Source of the DNA: Styela clava
Lineage: Eukaryota
DNA: 64,000 nt
Assembly: GCF_964204865.1 (NCBI RefSeq)
Contig: NC_135257.1
Coordinates: 21,824,001-21,888,000 of the forward strand
Direction of reading: 5' to 3'
A program made the translations under genes and the position numbers. The notes under the pieces are model-generated. The model ran no database searches, had not been told where the DNA came from, and saw only the letters and a program-made list of their open reading frames with translations. Below are positions 25,902 to 39,058 of the stretch, one piece after another. Numbering within the stretch: the stretch's first letter is position 1; each line of letters opens with the position of its first letter.

Positions 25902-28467
25902 AAGAATTGTGATCAGATTTCCGATGCGTTTTCCTTTCTACTTTTGTTATCATTCTCTTTTTTTAAGTGATTATTTTTTATACATAGTTTATAGGGACGT
26001 GGAAAAGAATTCAGTTGTATGGTTGCAGGCCTGCCTTGCGCCCTGAGAGTCGATTTGAGTTTTAGTTGAGAACTTCGTTCATGTTGAATCGTGCTGTTTA
26101 AATATAATTGCAGTCGTACATTGTAATCTTCTGATAATAACGAAGATGATCGTACAGGAGTGATAAAGTGAAGGGAAAACATGCGACAGAAGCGTTATTA
26201 CTTGTAGGTAAGTTGGATAGGCTTTGAATCTCGTAGCCTTTGCAAAATAGGACTAACCCAGGCGCATCGCAAAAATTGAGAATTTTATCATGTATTGTAA
26301 CCTTTTTAATTCCGACATTCGAATAGATCTCATAGATATCGTGATCGTATGAACGGTTTTTGTTTTCTTCGCTGTTTAATTGCTTCTTCAGGACGCGGAA
26401 AAGGTGGTACACTCTTCTATGGGAACAGATGAGTCGATAAACGAGCGTTATTCTGTGTATGGTGTATTTGTATTAAGTTGAATCGTGATATTTAAATATA
26501 ATTGTAGCCGTTTGTTTATTGTGAGATTCTGATAGGAACGATGTTGATCGCCCGGGAAAGATGAGGTAAAGCAAAACATGCGACAGAAGCGTATTACTTA
26601 TAGGTACGTTGGATAGTTATTAGTTAGTAAGCTTGAAACGTCGTATTATTCGCGAAATAAGACATTAAATCGGGATCATCATGGATTTTTTTAAATTGAT
26701 AATTGTTCTAATTTTTTTCTCATTGTGGAAAAGGACACGTATTTGTCGAGTTTCACACTTGTTTGTCCCGAAAGAGCCGAGAACGTGAACCCATTTTCAC
26801 CCATTTTTATTCGATCATTTTCAAGGTCTGCTGGTTTCGTTGACTGGCGGACATTAGGCTCGTACCATACTTGAGACAGTCTTCTGAAACAACACAAAAT
26901 AAATCCTGAAATCTCAATTGTTGTTACAAGGCGTGTGAAAGTTTCACCAAAACACTCCAAGAATTTCTGAGGTAATAACTATTAAAAAGCAGGAGTAAAA
27001 TTGACGTTATTTTTATGATATAATGGCCAATTTTGTCGAATTTGTCTATTCCGTGTAATTTGAGTCGAATGATTGTTTTCACTGTGTTTTTCATAAAATT
27101 TTGACTTAAAATCGATCAATACGTGTTTTATATGACAATCGGACAATATATCTGAGTTAGCTACTAAAACTAAGTAAAATTAACTCCAATTTCAAGGTGT
27201 ATTCGTCAATTTTTCTTAAGGACCGGTCCCCATCACCAGCGGGTGAAAAAAACCTAAAATTTCAACCTATTTTACGTGTTTTATTAAAGCTTCATATATT
27301 ATATTCTTTATTTCTCGTAAGTACCGGTCACGTGATCGTCTTGAAATAAATTGCCATTCACATTTTGTCGAAGCAACTTGAAATTTAAACGTATTTCACG
27401 TGTTTTAAACACACCCGAATTCTAAATAAGAAAAGAACATTTTAGTGTGTGTTAATCGATTTTGTCGAGTATTTTCTTTTAATTTTGATATTGAAAACTA
27501 CGAATTTCACCTATTTTACGTATTTTGGCAAAGCACGTAGGCGTAGGCGTTCGAACCCGCATAAAAACGGAACATTAGTTCTGCCCGTCAAATTCATAGC
27601 GGAAAGGTATTTTGGTCTAAAAACAGGTTCATGGTGAATTTTTTGTCGATGATTCGGAAGTATAACTTAACATTGGAATGCAAACATGCAAATGAAGCAT
27701 TTTGGGCGTTTTCGCAAAATACTTAGTTGGTGAGTGAGTTGAACTTCATGTAGTGCATCGAAGGAACGGTTGAGGGGAAATGGTGCAGTACATTTAATGT
27801 GCAATACATGTCCGTGAAGATTTGATTCTTTCCAAAATGTTCAGCACGTTATCGAATGCGCTGTGCAAAGTAATTATCGGTCGTCGAGCTTTTTCCTGTA
27901 ATACTGCAATGCATTTCATTTATGACATTAAATCCAACATTAGATATAACTATTTTGCCACAAGTCAAAGGATCAGACATTACGTTTATCTCAACAAATT
28001 AAATATCCCTTAATTTTATTACATGGTTAAATTAAAATTTTTCAACGAAATTGTTGAAACTTTTTCTGTTTTACTATTCGGGCCTCACTTCGAAAACTTT
28101 GCCGCCCATATACATTACGTAATGTCTGATAAATGAAAACAACCCGTAATCACCCAATTTTAAAGAGAATCGTTGTATTCTACCCCAAATCCTATGATTA
28201 CTGACCATAAATACTCAAAGAATTTTAATAACACGTTCAATTCTAGAGAAATGTTATTTCTGACGCTGAGGGCGCTTATAGGTTAATCCTATGGAATAAA
28301 TAATTTTGAATTCTCGCTACAGATCTAAGATGAAAGTGAAAACTTGTTATACGACACAGACGCGTAGACAAGAATTTCCAAATGCGGCGATCTGAAATTT
28401 CTATGTTGGACCGCTAGCGAAAACATTTATTTCCAGAGTTTTGATTGTCAAAAAGTCGTTTCAAACT

Positions 28468-28654
28468 GGTGACCGTACATTTGAACCCATGTGTATATCC
28501 ACGGGTTCAATCTATATGCGGGTGCTAAAACCCATGGGTTAGGGTTAGTATGGGTTTAACTATCCGTGAAACAAAAAAATTTCCATAGGTGCAATACCAT
28601 ACAGGTGCAATTGTCATGGGTTCAAATGTACGTGGGTTCAAATGTAATGGAACC
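28468..28654 (+). mobile_element. MULE-like MITE (9-bp TSD)
   Basis: GG..CC ends, TACATTTGAACCCA subterminal repeats, internal GGGTTAGGGTTAG, perfect TSD TTTCAAACT. Confidence 0.85.
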
Positions 28655-29091
28655 TTTCAAACTACAAAAAATGGCTATTCATGATCTGGAAAATGCTTTT
28701 TTCCCCTACATTTCAAAGTGGGGGTTAGTTTGGAGTTTCGACTCGCAATACCTCTGGGGAACGACCCTATTGAGACACTTTTTTTGCGTCTTTCGCTGCA
28801 GTCTTCGAAATCGGACAATATGTCGGGAGCCATTATTTTTGGAAGGAATCTTTCGACATTCAGGTGGGTAGCATATAAGCCTTTGGAATATATAATTTTA
28901 CAATTTCGCAAAAATGACATAATCACTGTTGTAAAAAATAATTGTCATTCCTATCGGAAACGAAGCGTACTTATGAATTACTTTGGCTCAATTATTTCTG
29001 TTGGTGTAAACTGTAGAGATTCGCTATTCTTTGTAACTTCTGAAACAATCGTTTGCGCACCTTCTGGCGGGTTTCGTATTAGTCGTGAAGA

Positions 29092-29370
29092 CTTCTGTAC
29101 CGGTAGTCTACTGTGCCGGTAGTCTACTGTGCCGGTAGTCTACTGTGCCGGTAGTCTACTGTGCCGGTAGTCTTCTGTGCCGGTAGTCTACTGTGCCGGT
29201 AGTCTACTGTGCCGGTAGTCTTCTGTGCCGGTAGTCTTCTGTGCCGGTAGTCTACTGTGCCGGTAGTCTTCTGTGCCGGTAGTCTACTGTGCCGGTAGTC
29301 TACTGTGCCGGTAGTCTTCTGTGCCGGTATTCTTCTGTGTCGGTAGTCTACTGTGCCGGTAGTCTACTGT
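29092..29370. repeat. 16-bp minisatellite (CTGTGCCGGTAGTCT[A/T]) x ~17
   Basis: Direct tandem array. Confidence 0.95.
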
Positions 29371-29450
29371 GACAGATTGCGTACCCGTACTACTTTGTTT
29401 TGGTCTTCGTGTCCACTGTCCATATATATCTTGATCGCATCGCTCTCTTG

Positions 29451-29689
29451 TTATTTGATACGTAGTGGACATAACGATCGTTTCAATATTATGTTGTTGT
29501 TGTTGTTGTTCTTTGACACGTTTTTAAAAAGTCGCTTTTCTCTTCGAATACTGGACCAATTGCTTTGAAATTTTCAGTGGTTAAAGATAAAAATTTTCTC
29601 CAGATGGCTATTACTTTTTTTTCTTGCTATGACGTCATCAAAATTATGTGACTCTACGTGTCCATATATTTGAGCATAGCTCTCTTGTT
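29451..29689. mobile_element. HINE-like family 2, inverted, in tandem with a satellite-bearing copy
   Basis: Reverse complement of 37335-37626; directly abuts a second copy (~29040-29452). Confidence 0.65.
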
Positions 29690-30186
29690 TGATGATATCA
29701 CTGCGACTCGTCACGCACCAGTGATTTGCAACTTTACTTAAAGTTTCGATCATGCGACCTTGCTTTGGGCTAATATTCATTAAAAAAATTTAAAATATAT
29801 ATATTTTAATTAATTCCGAATTATTAATTATTATTCCAAAAAATGGAATTTTCTTTTTGATAAACAATTTTTTGCATTTTTCCAATATTCTTCTGACATT
29901 ATAAAACGTTATTGCGGCAAATTTATCATTTCATAAACAATCAAATTTCTGGGCTTTGTGATTTGTTTGCGTTCACAGAGTTTTTAAAACCGCCTACTCT
30001 ACCTATTATAACGCTTTTTCACGGGTCAGTACACTCAATTATTCTGTCATAATCACACCCACGTCTTGTCAGGGGGTCATGAGAGTTTGCTAAATTTTTA
30101 AGTAGGCGGTTAGCTCCTTACAGCTGGTGCGTTAAGAGGAATATTATTGTTAATACTAGAGACTACGCTGATTAGGGCAAATCATT

Positions 30187-30275
30187 TGTACGTATGTATG
30201 TTTATTTGCCTCAAAAATACAACAGTATCTGCATACGGGATACATGTTCAAGACTTTACTGGCCTAAGACACGGA
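30187..30275 (-). mobile_element. Second (CATA)n-tailed retroelement fragment
   Basis: Reverse complement gtgtcttaggccagtaaagtcttgaacatgtatcc...aataaacatacatac aligns to 20872-20974. Confidence 0.55.
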
Positions 30276-31118
30276 TGAGCGACCCCAACAAGTATAACTG
30301 CAGTTTAGGACGTTATAGTAGGACAACAGACATAAAATATACAAATAAAATTCACTAAGCCCTCGCTATTAATGCGAAAATTTGATAATTGAGAAAAACG
30401 TCAGGCTCCGCTACGTTTTAAAAAAACAAATTAGTAATCATCAATTATCCAGTTCGAGTTAGGAATGATTTATAAATTTTAATTTCCAGCGCAATCTGCA
30501 TTCCTGACTCTACTGGATAATTACTACTTTTCTTATTCTGAGCGTTGGCGGTGCTTTTGGCGGGGTTTTGTACAAAAGATCCCCAAATATACTTTGTTAA
30601 ATGACGTTTTTACGTCCAAACAAAGCACTGTACAAGCATTCGCTTCTTGATAACAAGATACAATAGTTTGAAAAAGCTGGAATTTTTCGATTTGGCATCG
30701 CCCACCCCATTTACCTTACCGTGCAACCCTTCAGGTTCTTGAAGATTTTTCGCTGTTTTAGCACGTTTTCTCAAATTTTTTTTATGGTATTCCATGGTTT
30801 TTGTACGTCTTTGAAAGGTATTTGGTGGTTATTTTTCGCTTTTTTAGCACGTTTTCTAAAAAAATTTTTTATGGTATTTCATGATTTTTGTACGCCTTTG
30901 AAAGGTATTTGGTGGTTTTTCACGGTTTTCAATGATTTTGCGTGGTTTCTGACGGTTTACACCGGTTTTTACACAAGCGGCCGTTGAGTAAGGAAGTATT
31001 ATGACTGGAAAAACCGGAATATTTCCGTTTCCGCATTGTCAATCCAACTCAATCACACTGGTGGTGGTAACATTAGTGAGCTGGTGGCAGAGAATATATT
31101 TTACGATATATTCAAAAC

Positions 31119-31323
31119 CGTGTCAGGAAATTTCGCCGTATAGGAAAAATCGCAAGAGTATTTTGCTGTAAAACAAGTATTTGTGATATAGTTAGGTTTA
31201 TAGGGTCATAATATGCTCTTGAATAACGATCTTTTTTAAATAAGGCGATTTTTCATGCGGCGATTTTTCCTAAGCGGCGAATTTCCTACGGCGAGATTTC
31301 TTATGGCGAATTTTCCTAGAACC
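31119..31323. mobile_element. MULE-like MITE with tandem GGCGAATTTTCCTA-type subterminal repeats
   Basis: Perfect 9-bp TSD ATTCAAAAC; inverted arrays of ~15-bp units. Confidence 0.75.
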
Positions 31324-32714
31324 ATTCAAAACTACTGTAATCAGCCACCTTCCTGTCTGCTTCTCTGGCTTATGCTCTACCAGGGATACTTTTTAGTTTT
31401 GGATTGAAACTTCCACTAGCCCTCATTCGGAGCGAAACGCATTGACAATCGTTGTGTGAAAAAATCCACCATCGGCGAGAGAGATCTATTTTTGTTTACT
31501 TCGAAAACGAGAGAATTAAAAAAAGGTTTGTGATGTAATAAGGAGAGAAAATAAAAAAGAGAATGGCGGGAAATAAAACGAGAGAGAACAAAGTCGAAAT
31601 ACTCGATTAGATTGTAAAATAGTTTGTCGTAATTCATGAAAGAGTACGGGCAGCCTTATATGGAGGAGGTTATATAGACTATTTAAATGGTAATTGGGGC
31701 CATATATCCATCCGTATTCCTAACCTGCTGTCTATCCATCTCTATGAGATAAGCGTGGCGTTTTGAATAATAAAAGCTCATCTCTTTGTTTATAATTTGG
31801 CGTAGATTTTTATACAATCATTCAAAGTGACTATATTACTTTTTATTCCATTCTCCGCAACGATCTGGATATTTTCCCCTATCCGGAATAAAAAAAAATC
31901 AAAATTCACTTTTTCCGCATGCTTATTTTTATTCCATTCTCCGTGATTTTCTGGGTATTCCCCAACCTCCCCCCTCGGAAGAAAAAAAAAAATCAAAATT
32001 TATTTTTCCCACGGGAACTCATAAAGCTGGTTTAACCGTTGGCGTCCAAGGTTAAATAAGTAAGCAATATGCGGTTAAGGCTAAACAAAGAAAACTCGAA
32101 AGTGAAAATTATTTTTTAAAGCTTCGTTTTCTGTTGTTATTTTCGAAGTCATCTGCGTAAATTATAGTGTTTGTTTCTTCACAATGGCTTAACAATCATA
32201 ATATATATATGCGGTAACAATGAATAGGATACAGGCACATTGTATCGTCACAAACCACTGCCTTCAGTATCAATTTTCTCTCCATAATGACCTGTTTACC
32301 GATTCACGCCAGATATCAAAAGATTTTTGGGGCAAATTATCAGTTTTCATTACTTTTGAGATCGAATTTTTACATTTATAATTCATGGGGTGAATTGAGA
32401 AAACTACTTCCTTAATTTGATGAATTATTTAAGTTTAAGTAAAAATAAAAAGGTAAGAATAATAAAATGCAATTATTAGGTCACAATCATAATATTGCGT
32501 GCTTCTTCGTTAAGAAACTATGCTTTTGAAACGGATATATTATGAATTCATAGGAACTTTAATTTGATTTTGCTTTCGTTTCTTGGCTAAACCACAAGTT
32601 ATTTATCCATGGTCTCGCATGGACCAAAGCTGTGAAGTCGCTACCGAGTCCTGGTTTAGAAAAATTTAGTTTCCTGTCCTGACCCGTGTTTAAAAAAAAA
32701 TTGACTCAGACACC

Positions 32715-32928
32715 GGCGCTTCAGAAGTGTGTGTACCAATATGAAGGTAACTAATTTTGTTCGCGTACTTTACATTAAGTTGTGTAAAGGGACTGAAACC
32801 TATGGGCAGAGGGTATATCCACCTGGCTAACACAGACAGTCCCCGAACTCGTAATATAACTAAAATAAGGAAAATATCGGAATATAATTATAGCCTAACC
32901 CTAACCTGGTACACACTGCGGGAGTACC
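32715..32928 (+). mobile_element. Merlin-like MITE variant
   Basis: GG..CC ends, TSD CAGACACC/CCGACACC; close truncated relative at ~49835-50040. Confidence 0.75.
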
Positions 32929-33139
32929 CCGACACCAGCCCCGAACTCTGAAATCAAATTTTGATGACTTCGACGAGTGCTAGCCTTTTTTAATACACTG
33001 TTGAATTTGTTTAGTAACTTCATGCTTTTTGAGTTTATTTGAAAAACTTGATCGAAAGTCTGAAATCCCGACTCTTGACCCAGGAGAGTTTGAAAATATT
33101 CTCCAGTGAAAACATTCCCAACTCAAGACGTCGACATTG

Positions 33140-33590
33140 CATGGGCATAGACGAACAGTTAAAATAGGGAATGGATATAGTGGTCCCAATCGCCATTTAA
33201 ATGGCCATCTTTGAAGAGAGCTATTGGGTTGTCACACAGACAGCAGGTTAGGAAAAGGGATATGGTCGCAAATGGTTAGGATATGATATATGGTCGCAAT
33301 CGCTATTTGAATGGTCTTCTCCGTTCAAGGCTATCGGACTGCAATATTGCAGATTAGGAATATGGAAAGATTGATGGTCCTAATCGCCCTTTAAATGGCC
33401 TCCATAGATAGATATTGGGCTTCCAAATAGACAGCAGGTTAGGAATATAAATAGATATATGATCCCTAGAGGCCTATTGGGCTACCGTTCAGTCAGCAGG
33501 TTTGAGGTGGATATCCCAATCGCCATTTGTATGGCCTCTTCCGCAGTGGGCTATTGGTCCTCCACATAGACGGTAGATTGGGGGTAGAAT
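33140..33590. repeat. Degenerate ~85-bp tandem repeat, ~6 units
   Basis: Recurrent GGCTATTGGG..AGACAGCAGGTTAGGAA..TGGTCCCAATCGCCATTT; one inverted monomer at ~31675-31737. Confidence 0.75.
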
Positions 33591-34303
33591 AAAAATCATA
33601 TCATAATTAGAGTAGAGTCATAATACTAATGATTTTAGCCAGTGATGAGATTCAAAACTATTGAAGCGCCAAATATGACGATAGTCGTCAGCTTAAGAAC
33701 GGGTTCGATGACTGTCACGACACGCCAGGAACGGGTTCGAACCTGAATCCAACCAGTTCCTCTAGCCCAAATGACAAATGTGCCAAGGTCTGTGCAAAGT
33801 TTGTTTTAAAAGTCAGTTACCCAGGGCCCCGTATACAATTTTTATAGGAAAACTTTGCCCTCGACACGCCCCTTTTCCTATTGCCCAATGAAATCCATCG
33901 CACGTTTCAGTTAATCAAATAATCCAGTAAGTGAGCAACGCCCAAAGCAATTAATAAAGTGTTGAGACACGAAGACTTGTTGTTAAATAAATATAATAGT
34001 AAAAAGTGCTGAAACATACAAATTCTTTATGTTTTAAAAAAATTAAATTAGGCTATGCTACATTTTGAGAATAAACACCTATGCGTTGGCTAGATATTTC
34101 TAAAAGTTGTTCATTTACTAGTCCAGCGTTTTCCATTCGGAGAAAAATTAAATTAATTTTATTGTCTATGTAGGATACACGGTTGTTTCCATGTGACTCC
34201 TAGCGTACCAAGACTGTGGCCTCCTAACTGTATTACTCTTCGATTGAAAGGGCAACGATAAAATATATGATATAAAGATCGCGATAAACTTTAAAAAGAT
34301 AAT

Positions 34304-34497
34304 ATCACTAATTAATTAACAACTCGCTAATTATACGACATAATTCGCCCAAAATCAATAGGTTTTGGTCCGAGATATGATGAATGCACATGCAAAATCT
34401 GGAGCAGATTCAATCTCGCTTTCGTGAGATATCGCGTGCCCCCAGACAGACAGACAAATACCTATCAACATACTTACCGATTAAAATCGATAAGTAA
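34304..34497 (-). mobile_element. HINE family 1, truncated copy
   Basis: Reverse complement of 23349-23543 region. Confidence 0.75.
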
Positions 34498-34591
34498 TGA
34501 CTTAGCCTAAGATTGAGGAAGAAAACTCGCTGTTGCGGTCGAGTTGTTTGCGATTCGAGAGTTGCAAGTAGAGCGATGAAATATCGGAATA

Positions 34592-34794
34592 GGTTCCATT
34601 ACATTTGAACCCACGTACATTTGAACCCATGACAATTGCACCTGTATGCTATTGCATCTATGGAATTTTTTTTGTTTCACGGATAGTTAAACCCATACTA
34701 ACCCTAACCCATGGGTTTTAGCACCCGCATATAGATTGAACCCGTGGATATACGCATGGGTTCAAATGTACGTGGGTTCAAATGTACGGTCACC
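34592..34794 (-). mobile_element. MULE-like MITE (9-bp TSD), second copy
   Basis: Near-identical reverse complement of 28468-28654 with one extra subterminal repeat; perfect TSD ATCGGAATA. Confidence 0.85.
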
Positions 34795-35193
34795 ATCGGA
34801 ATACAATATTCATATAGCGGCCAACACGTCCCGCGATCAATCAACAACCCAGGTCTAGATGTCGCTATATCTAGGTAGAGAAAATTTCACTTTATGTTCG
34901 CGTGTAGTATTCGTCGCCATTACTTAAAACTCGAAATGTTCCGAGTCATATAAATGTAATGACTCTGACTCGTCATCAATTGACCGCCAATGGGCTCAAT
35001 GACTGACTCGACTTAGAGACTTCGATGACCTTTGACAGGGGCGTAGTCTTGGTTGGAGGTCGAGACACCCCCTCCCTTTTAAAATGTAAAAAAAAAAGTT
35101 TTATACATAGCAATTTTTTGTAGCTTGGAACACGAAAACCCCGCTAACCCCTGCCCACACGACTTGAATCGGGGTGTCGATACTTCATGACAA

Positions 35194-35570
35194 TAGGGCT
35201 GGGCGTTTCAAATCGAATATTCGAAACGAATAGTAAATTATTCGAATCGGTTCAGAGCTAAATTTTGAATCGCCGCCATCTTGTTTTTTTTCTTTTCCGC
35301 TAATGGTCGAGGTGAATTCCCCAATTTTATTTTGTATTGAAGCCATATTTTTTCAACGCAATTCTAACATATGACTATTTTATGTAGTGAGTTATTGATA
35401 AAACGTGATTGTTATTGTGTGTGAACGCCAGTAATCTATCTGAGTGATGTATTCTATGTTTTCAGTAATTCATTTGTTAGGAAGACAAGTTACAATAAAA
35501 AAGTCGCATACAATTATACATTTCCAAGTATTCGAGATCCGATTCGATTCGAAAAAATTAATCGAATGAC
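35194..35570 (-). mobile_element. Copy of the 9418 hAT MITE
   Basis: Reverse-complement alignment with 9418-9831. Confidence 0.75.
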
Positions 35571-37334
35571 AACACTGAGACCAATTGGACTAATCAAAAC
35601 TAGAAACATTGAATAATCGTCGCTGAGGATTGTCTAAAAATACTATTTTTAAATCACCTGATTTTGGTGCACAAAGGCCTGGTCATATAGTGCTCAAGTT
35701 GTAAGTTGTTGAATTAAAAATGTATCTTTCGTACGAACCCCCACCACAAATTCAAAAATGTGAGATTTGAGAAAAAACACCTTCGCCACGTTTTAAACTA
35801 AGAAATGAGTAAATATCCAGTTTGGGTTAGAAATAATTTGAAAAATTGATTTTTCAGCGCAATTTGCATTTCTAACTCTCAACTCAAACCCTTACTAGAT
35901 AGTCTACTAATTTTCTTATTCAGAGCGTAGGCGTCCTAAAGATCTTTGAAAATTACCGTAAACTCCAACTACAGAGCACTGATGGATAGTATAATCGATG
36001 AATGCTCTAGATTTTTTTGTAAATTACTTGTGAAATATTTCACACAAATCCAATTTCGGGTAAAGGGTTTACGAAAATAAATGTATATCGTAATATTTCG
36101 CGCCTTTTTTGGCCTTGAACCCTTAAAAAACGCGGGAAGCGTACCATCGATTATGATAACACACTCAAATCGGAAATCCGCGTCTGATACTCATTGTTTG
36201 ATCATAACGCTATACTTGACGATTTTGTGGCGTCAGAGAAGGATGCTCATAACTGGCGGAATACCAGACATCGATTAAATTGTCAGAATGATATAAATGT
36301 GATGAATGGGTCGTTCATTGCAACAGACAATAGCGTGATTTAGTTTACTAACTACAAAGGAGAGATACTCAAATATATGGACACGAAACCTAAAAGAGTA
36401 CGGGTATGCAATTTGTCACAGTAGACTAGCGCCACAAGGTGCGCAATTTTTTATTGTGACGAGGTCACCGCCGACGAATCTCATAGACCCCACAGAAATT
36501 TGTTGACCGTACAAGATTTACCGTTTGACCGCTGTATGTTAGCTACATTAATTAGTAGTGGTATCAATTAACTTCAACAAAATACTTTTCACCGTTAACA
36601 ATAGTAATCGTTTAACCGCCGTTTTTAACAAGTGTATTATTAGCAGACAAAACCAGACCGTTAACCAGACAAGATTTACCGTTGTTCGTTATCTATGTGA
36701 TTCACATTTTCAAGTGCATTATTGGCAACATACGTTTAAGTACCAGCATATTGATGTCCAGAGTGCCCTTGACTTTGATATAATGTTTGATAGGCCCTTA
36801 ACGACGACAATTTGTAAAACTATGTAAAAAAAATTGTAACGTAAAGTAAAGTATGATAAATTGAAGTATTTTTCTAACATTATTGGGAAATAAACGTCCA
36901 TTTTCCTTCTTTGAATGTTCTCGCTCAGAACAAGGTAGTCTTTATACAGTTCTTTGTAGAAAAGCTTTTTTATTGTTTAAGCTCCTTTAGTTACTCGTAA
37001 ATTTTGTTATTTAACAAGATTTTTGTTCATATGTCATTATGACATTGACAATTTGATTATGACATGATAATGATGGCCATTGACCACTAAAATACGCATA
37101 ATAGGCGATCAAAAACACTTCGTATAAAGTCCGATTGGCTACTTCAACTAGTTGTTGTAATACCTTCTGAAATAATTCTCTTTGTTTATTGCGCCTTCTG
37201 TTTTGAATTATTTGTTTTGACTGGTTTCCATAATTATTTCTATGTGCAAGCATTTTGATAAGCAATACTCTAAATCCCTCGACTGAAAGTGAAACAGGGT
37301 TAATAGTGTGAATATTATAGAAAAACTGTTAAAC

Positions 37335-37626
37335 AACTACAAGAGAGCTGTGCTCAAATATACGGACACGTCACAAAGTGTCGCTATTTTTTATTCTGAC
37401 ACATAAAAAATTAATCTCTTGAAGTCCACAGAAATTTTTGAAATAAGTAAAAGTAATAGCCTTCTGGCAAAAAAAAATCAATCTTTAATCACTGAAAATT
37501 TCAAAGCAATTGGTCCAGTATTCGAAGAGAAAAGCGATTTCATCTTGACGAAAGAGAAGAAGAATACTAACAAGAACAACAACATGATATTGAAACGATC
37601 GTTATGTACACTGCCGTGTCCAGTAA
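37335..37626. mobile_element. HINE-like family 2
   Basis: ACAAGAGAGCT(A/G)TGCTC hairpin end, GGACACG...CGTGTCCA subTIRs, (AAC/AAG)n; other copies at ~19129-19332, ~22900-23006, 29451-29689 (inverted) and ~36352-36500. Confidence 0.65.
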
Positions 37627-38948
37627 GTTGAAAATTCTCTATGTTGTGATACACTATGTTACATTCTATTATTTCCCTAGACAAAGGAAACAACTTTTCG
37701 TCATTGATAAATCATAACTCATTCTCTCATGGGGCATTGATATGTTAGGTGGATATTATAAGGATGTGACACATTCATTTAAATATTCGTTTACTCATAC
37801 TTTCTTGTTTTTATTATATTTTTTGAAAACATTTTATTTACAATTATTCACCCTTTTGAATGAGCTGGTTGTTTTGCCTGTGTATTCCGCCTTATTAAAT
37901 TCTCTGATAACGGAGGCCTTTCAATGAAATTTTTTTAAAGTAAAGGTCAGGAGCACTTGGCCCCTTTGTTAATTACCCATGATTTATCTTAGTTGTTTTT
38001 GAAGCAATTTTCAAATATCCAGATATGCTGAGTTCATGAGGCCCACTTGCTGCAATTTTTAGAGAATTTTGTATTTTTTAGGCTTTAGGTTTTCCAAAAT
38101 TGTTATATACGTATATTTTAAAATTGTTTCGGTGCCTCTCAAGTCTTGAAAATAATAATAATTAGAAGCATCGGTACTCCTGAAGCATCTGGATTTAATA
38201 AAATTTATTCGTTAATCTGAATCAGCGTTGTAGGCGTCGTCGCTGCTTGAACACCTTTCGAGATCCCTCACGACTCATGTCTCACTATTAAAGTGTTTTT
38301 GTTTTCGTTATAGTGTGTTGACAAATAAATGATGATTGATTGATTGAAACATTCCTCGGTATGTTGTGAATTAAAAATTAGTCCTGCGATTGAGATTTTG
38401 AATAATCAAACTTGCAATACTCATATAAGTTATTATTCAATCACACCATTTTTTACCTCTAAAATTTTAGACAAGCACTTAATCAGACGTATAGGTTTTT
38501 ATACCGTTTTGATATGACGCACGTTGTCGTGGCAACGACGCAAAACGTCGTATTACTCATAAATTGTTGTTTTACTCGTGTGAGACATAGAAATATACTA
38601 ATAAGCAGATAAACACTATATTTTTAAGTGGGTACTACGGGGTGAATAACCAATTTTAACCCAAAGTTTTTGCCACGACGTCCTGACTCAGCGTTCTGAC
38701 CGCAAATGTCAACAAACCATGAGTCAGCAGCACTATGCATACTTCCACAAACAAAAAATAAACTTTGAACGTTTTGGGCTGATATTTGCACTAATAATAA
38801 AAACGAGATGAAACGATTTTTTTTATAGCATTTGGGAAATTTATGAAACGGCGCAATAGAAGCACTAAGCAATTGTCACCGACATATATTTTTTAATCTC
38901 TTGTACAAATCCCTCACTAATGCAAAAATGTGAGATTTCAAAAAAAAC

Positions 38949-39058
38949 GGCACCTCTGAAGTATGTGCACCAAGATGTCGCACCACCTGACCTATAACCT
39001 GGTACACAACCTGATTTCAGGTTGTGCGCCATCTTGGTGCGCATACTTCAGGAGGTCC
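38949..39058. mobile_element. Merlin-like MITE, 110-bp short form, nested in another MITE
   Basis: Near-palindromic; TSD AAAAAAAC/AATAAAAC; interrupts an element that is uninterrupted at ~35727-35945. Confidence 0.8.
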
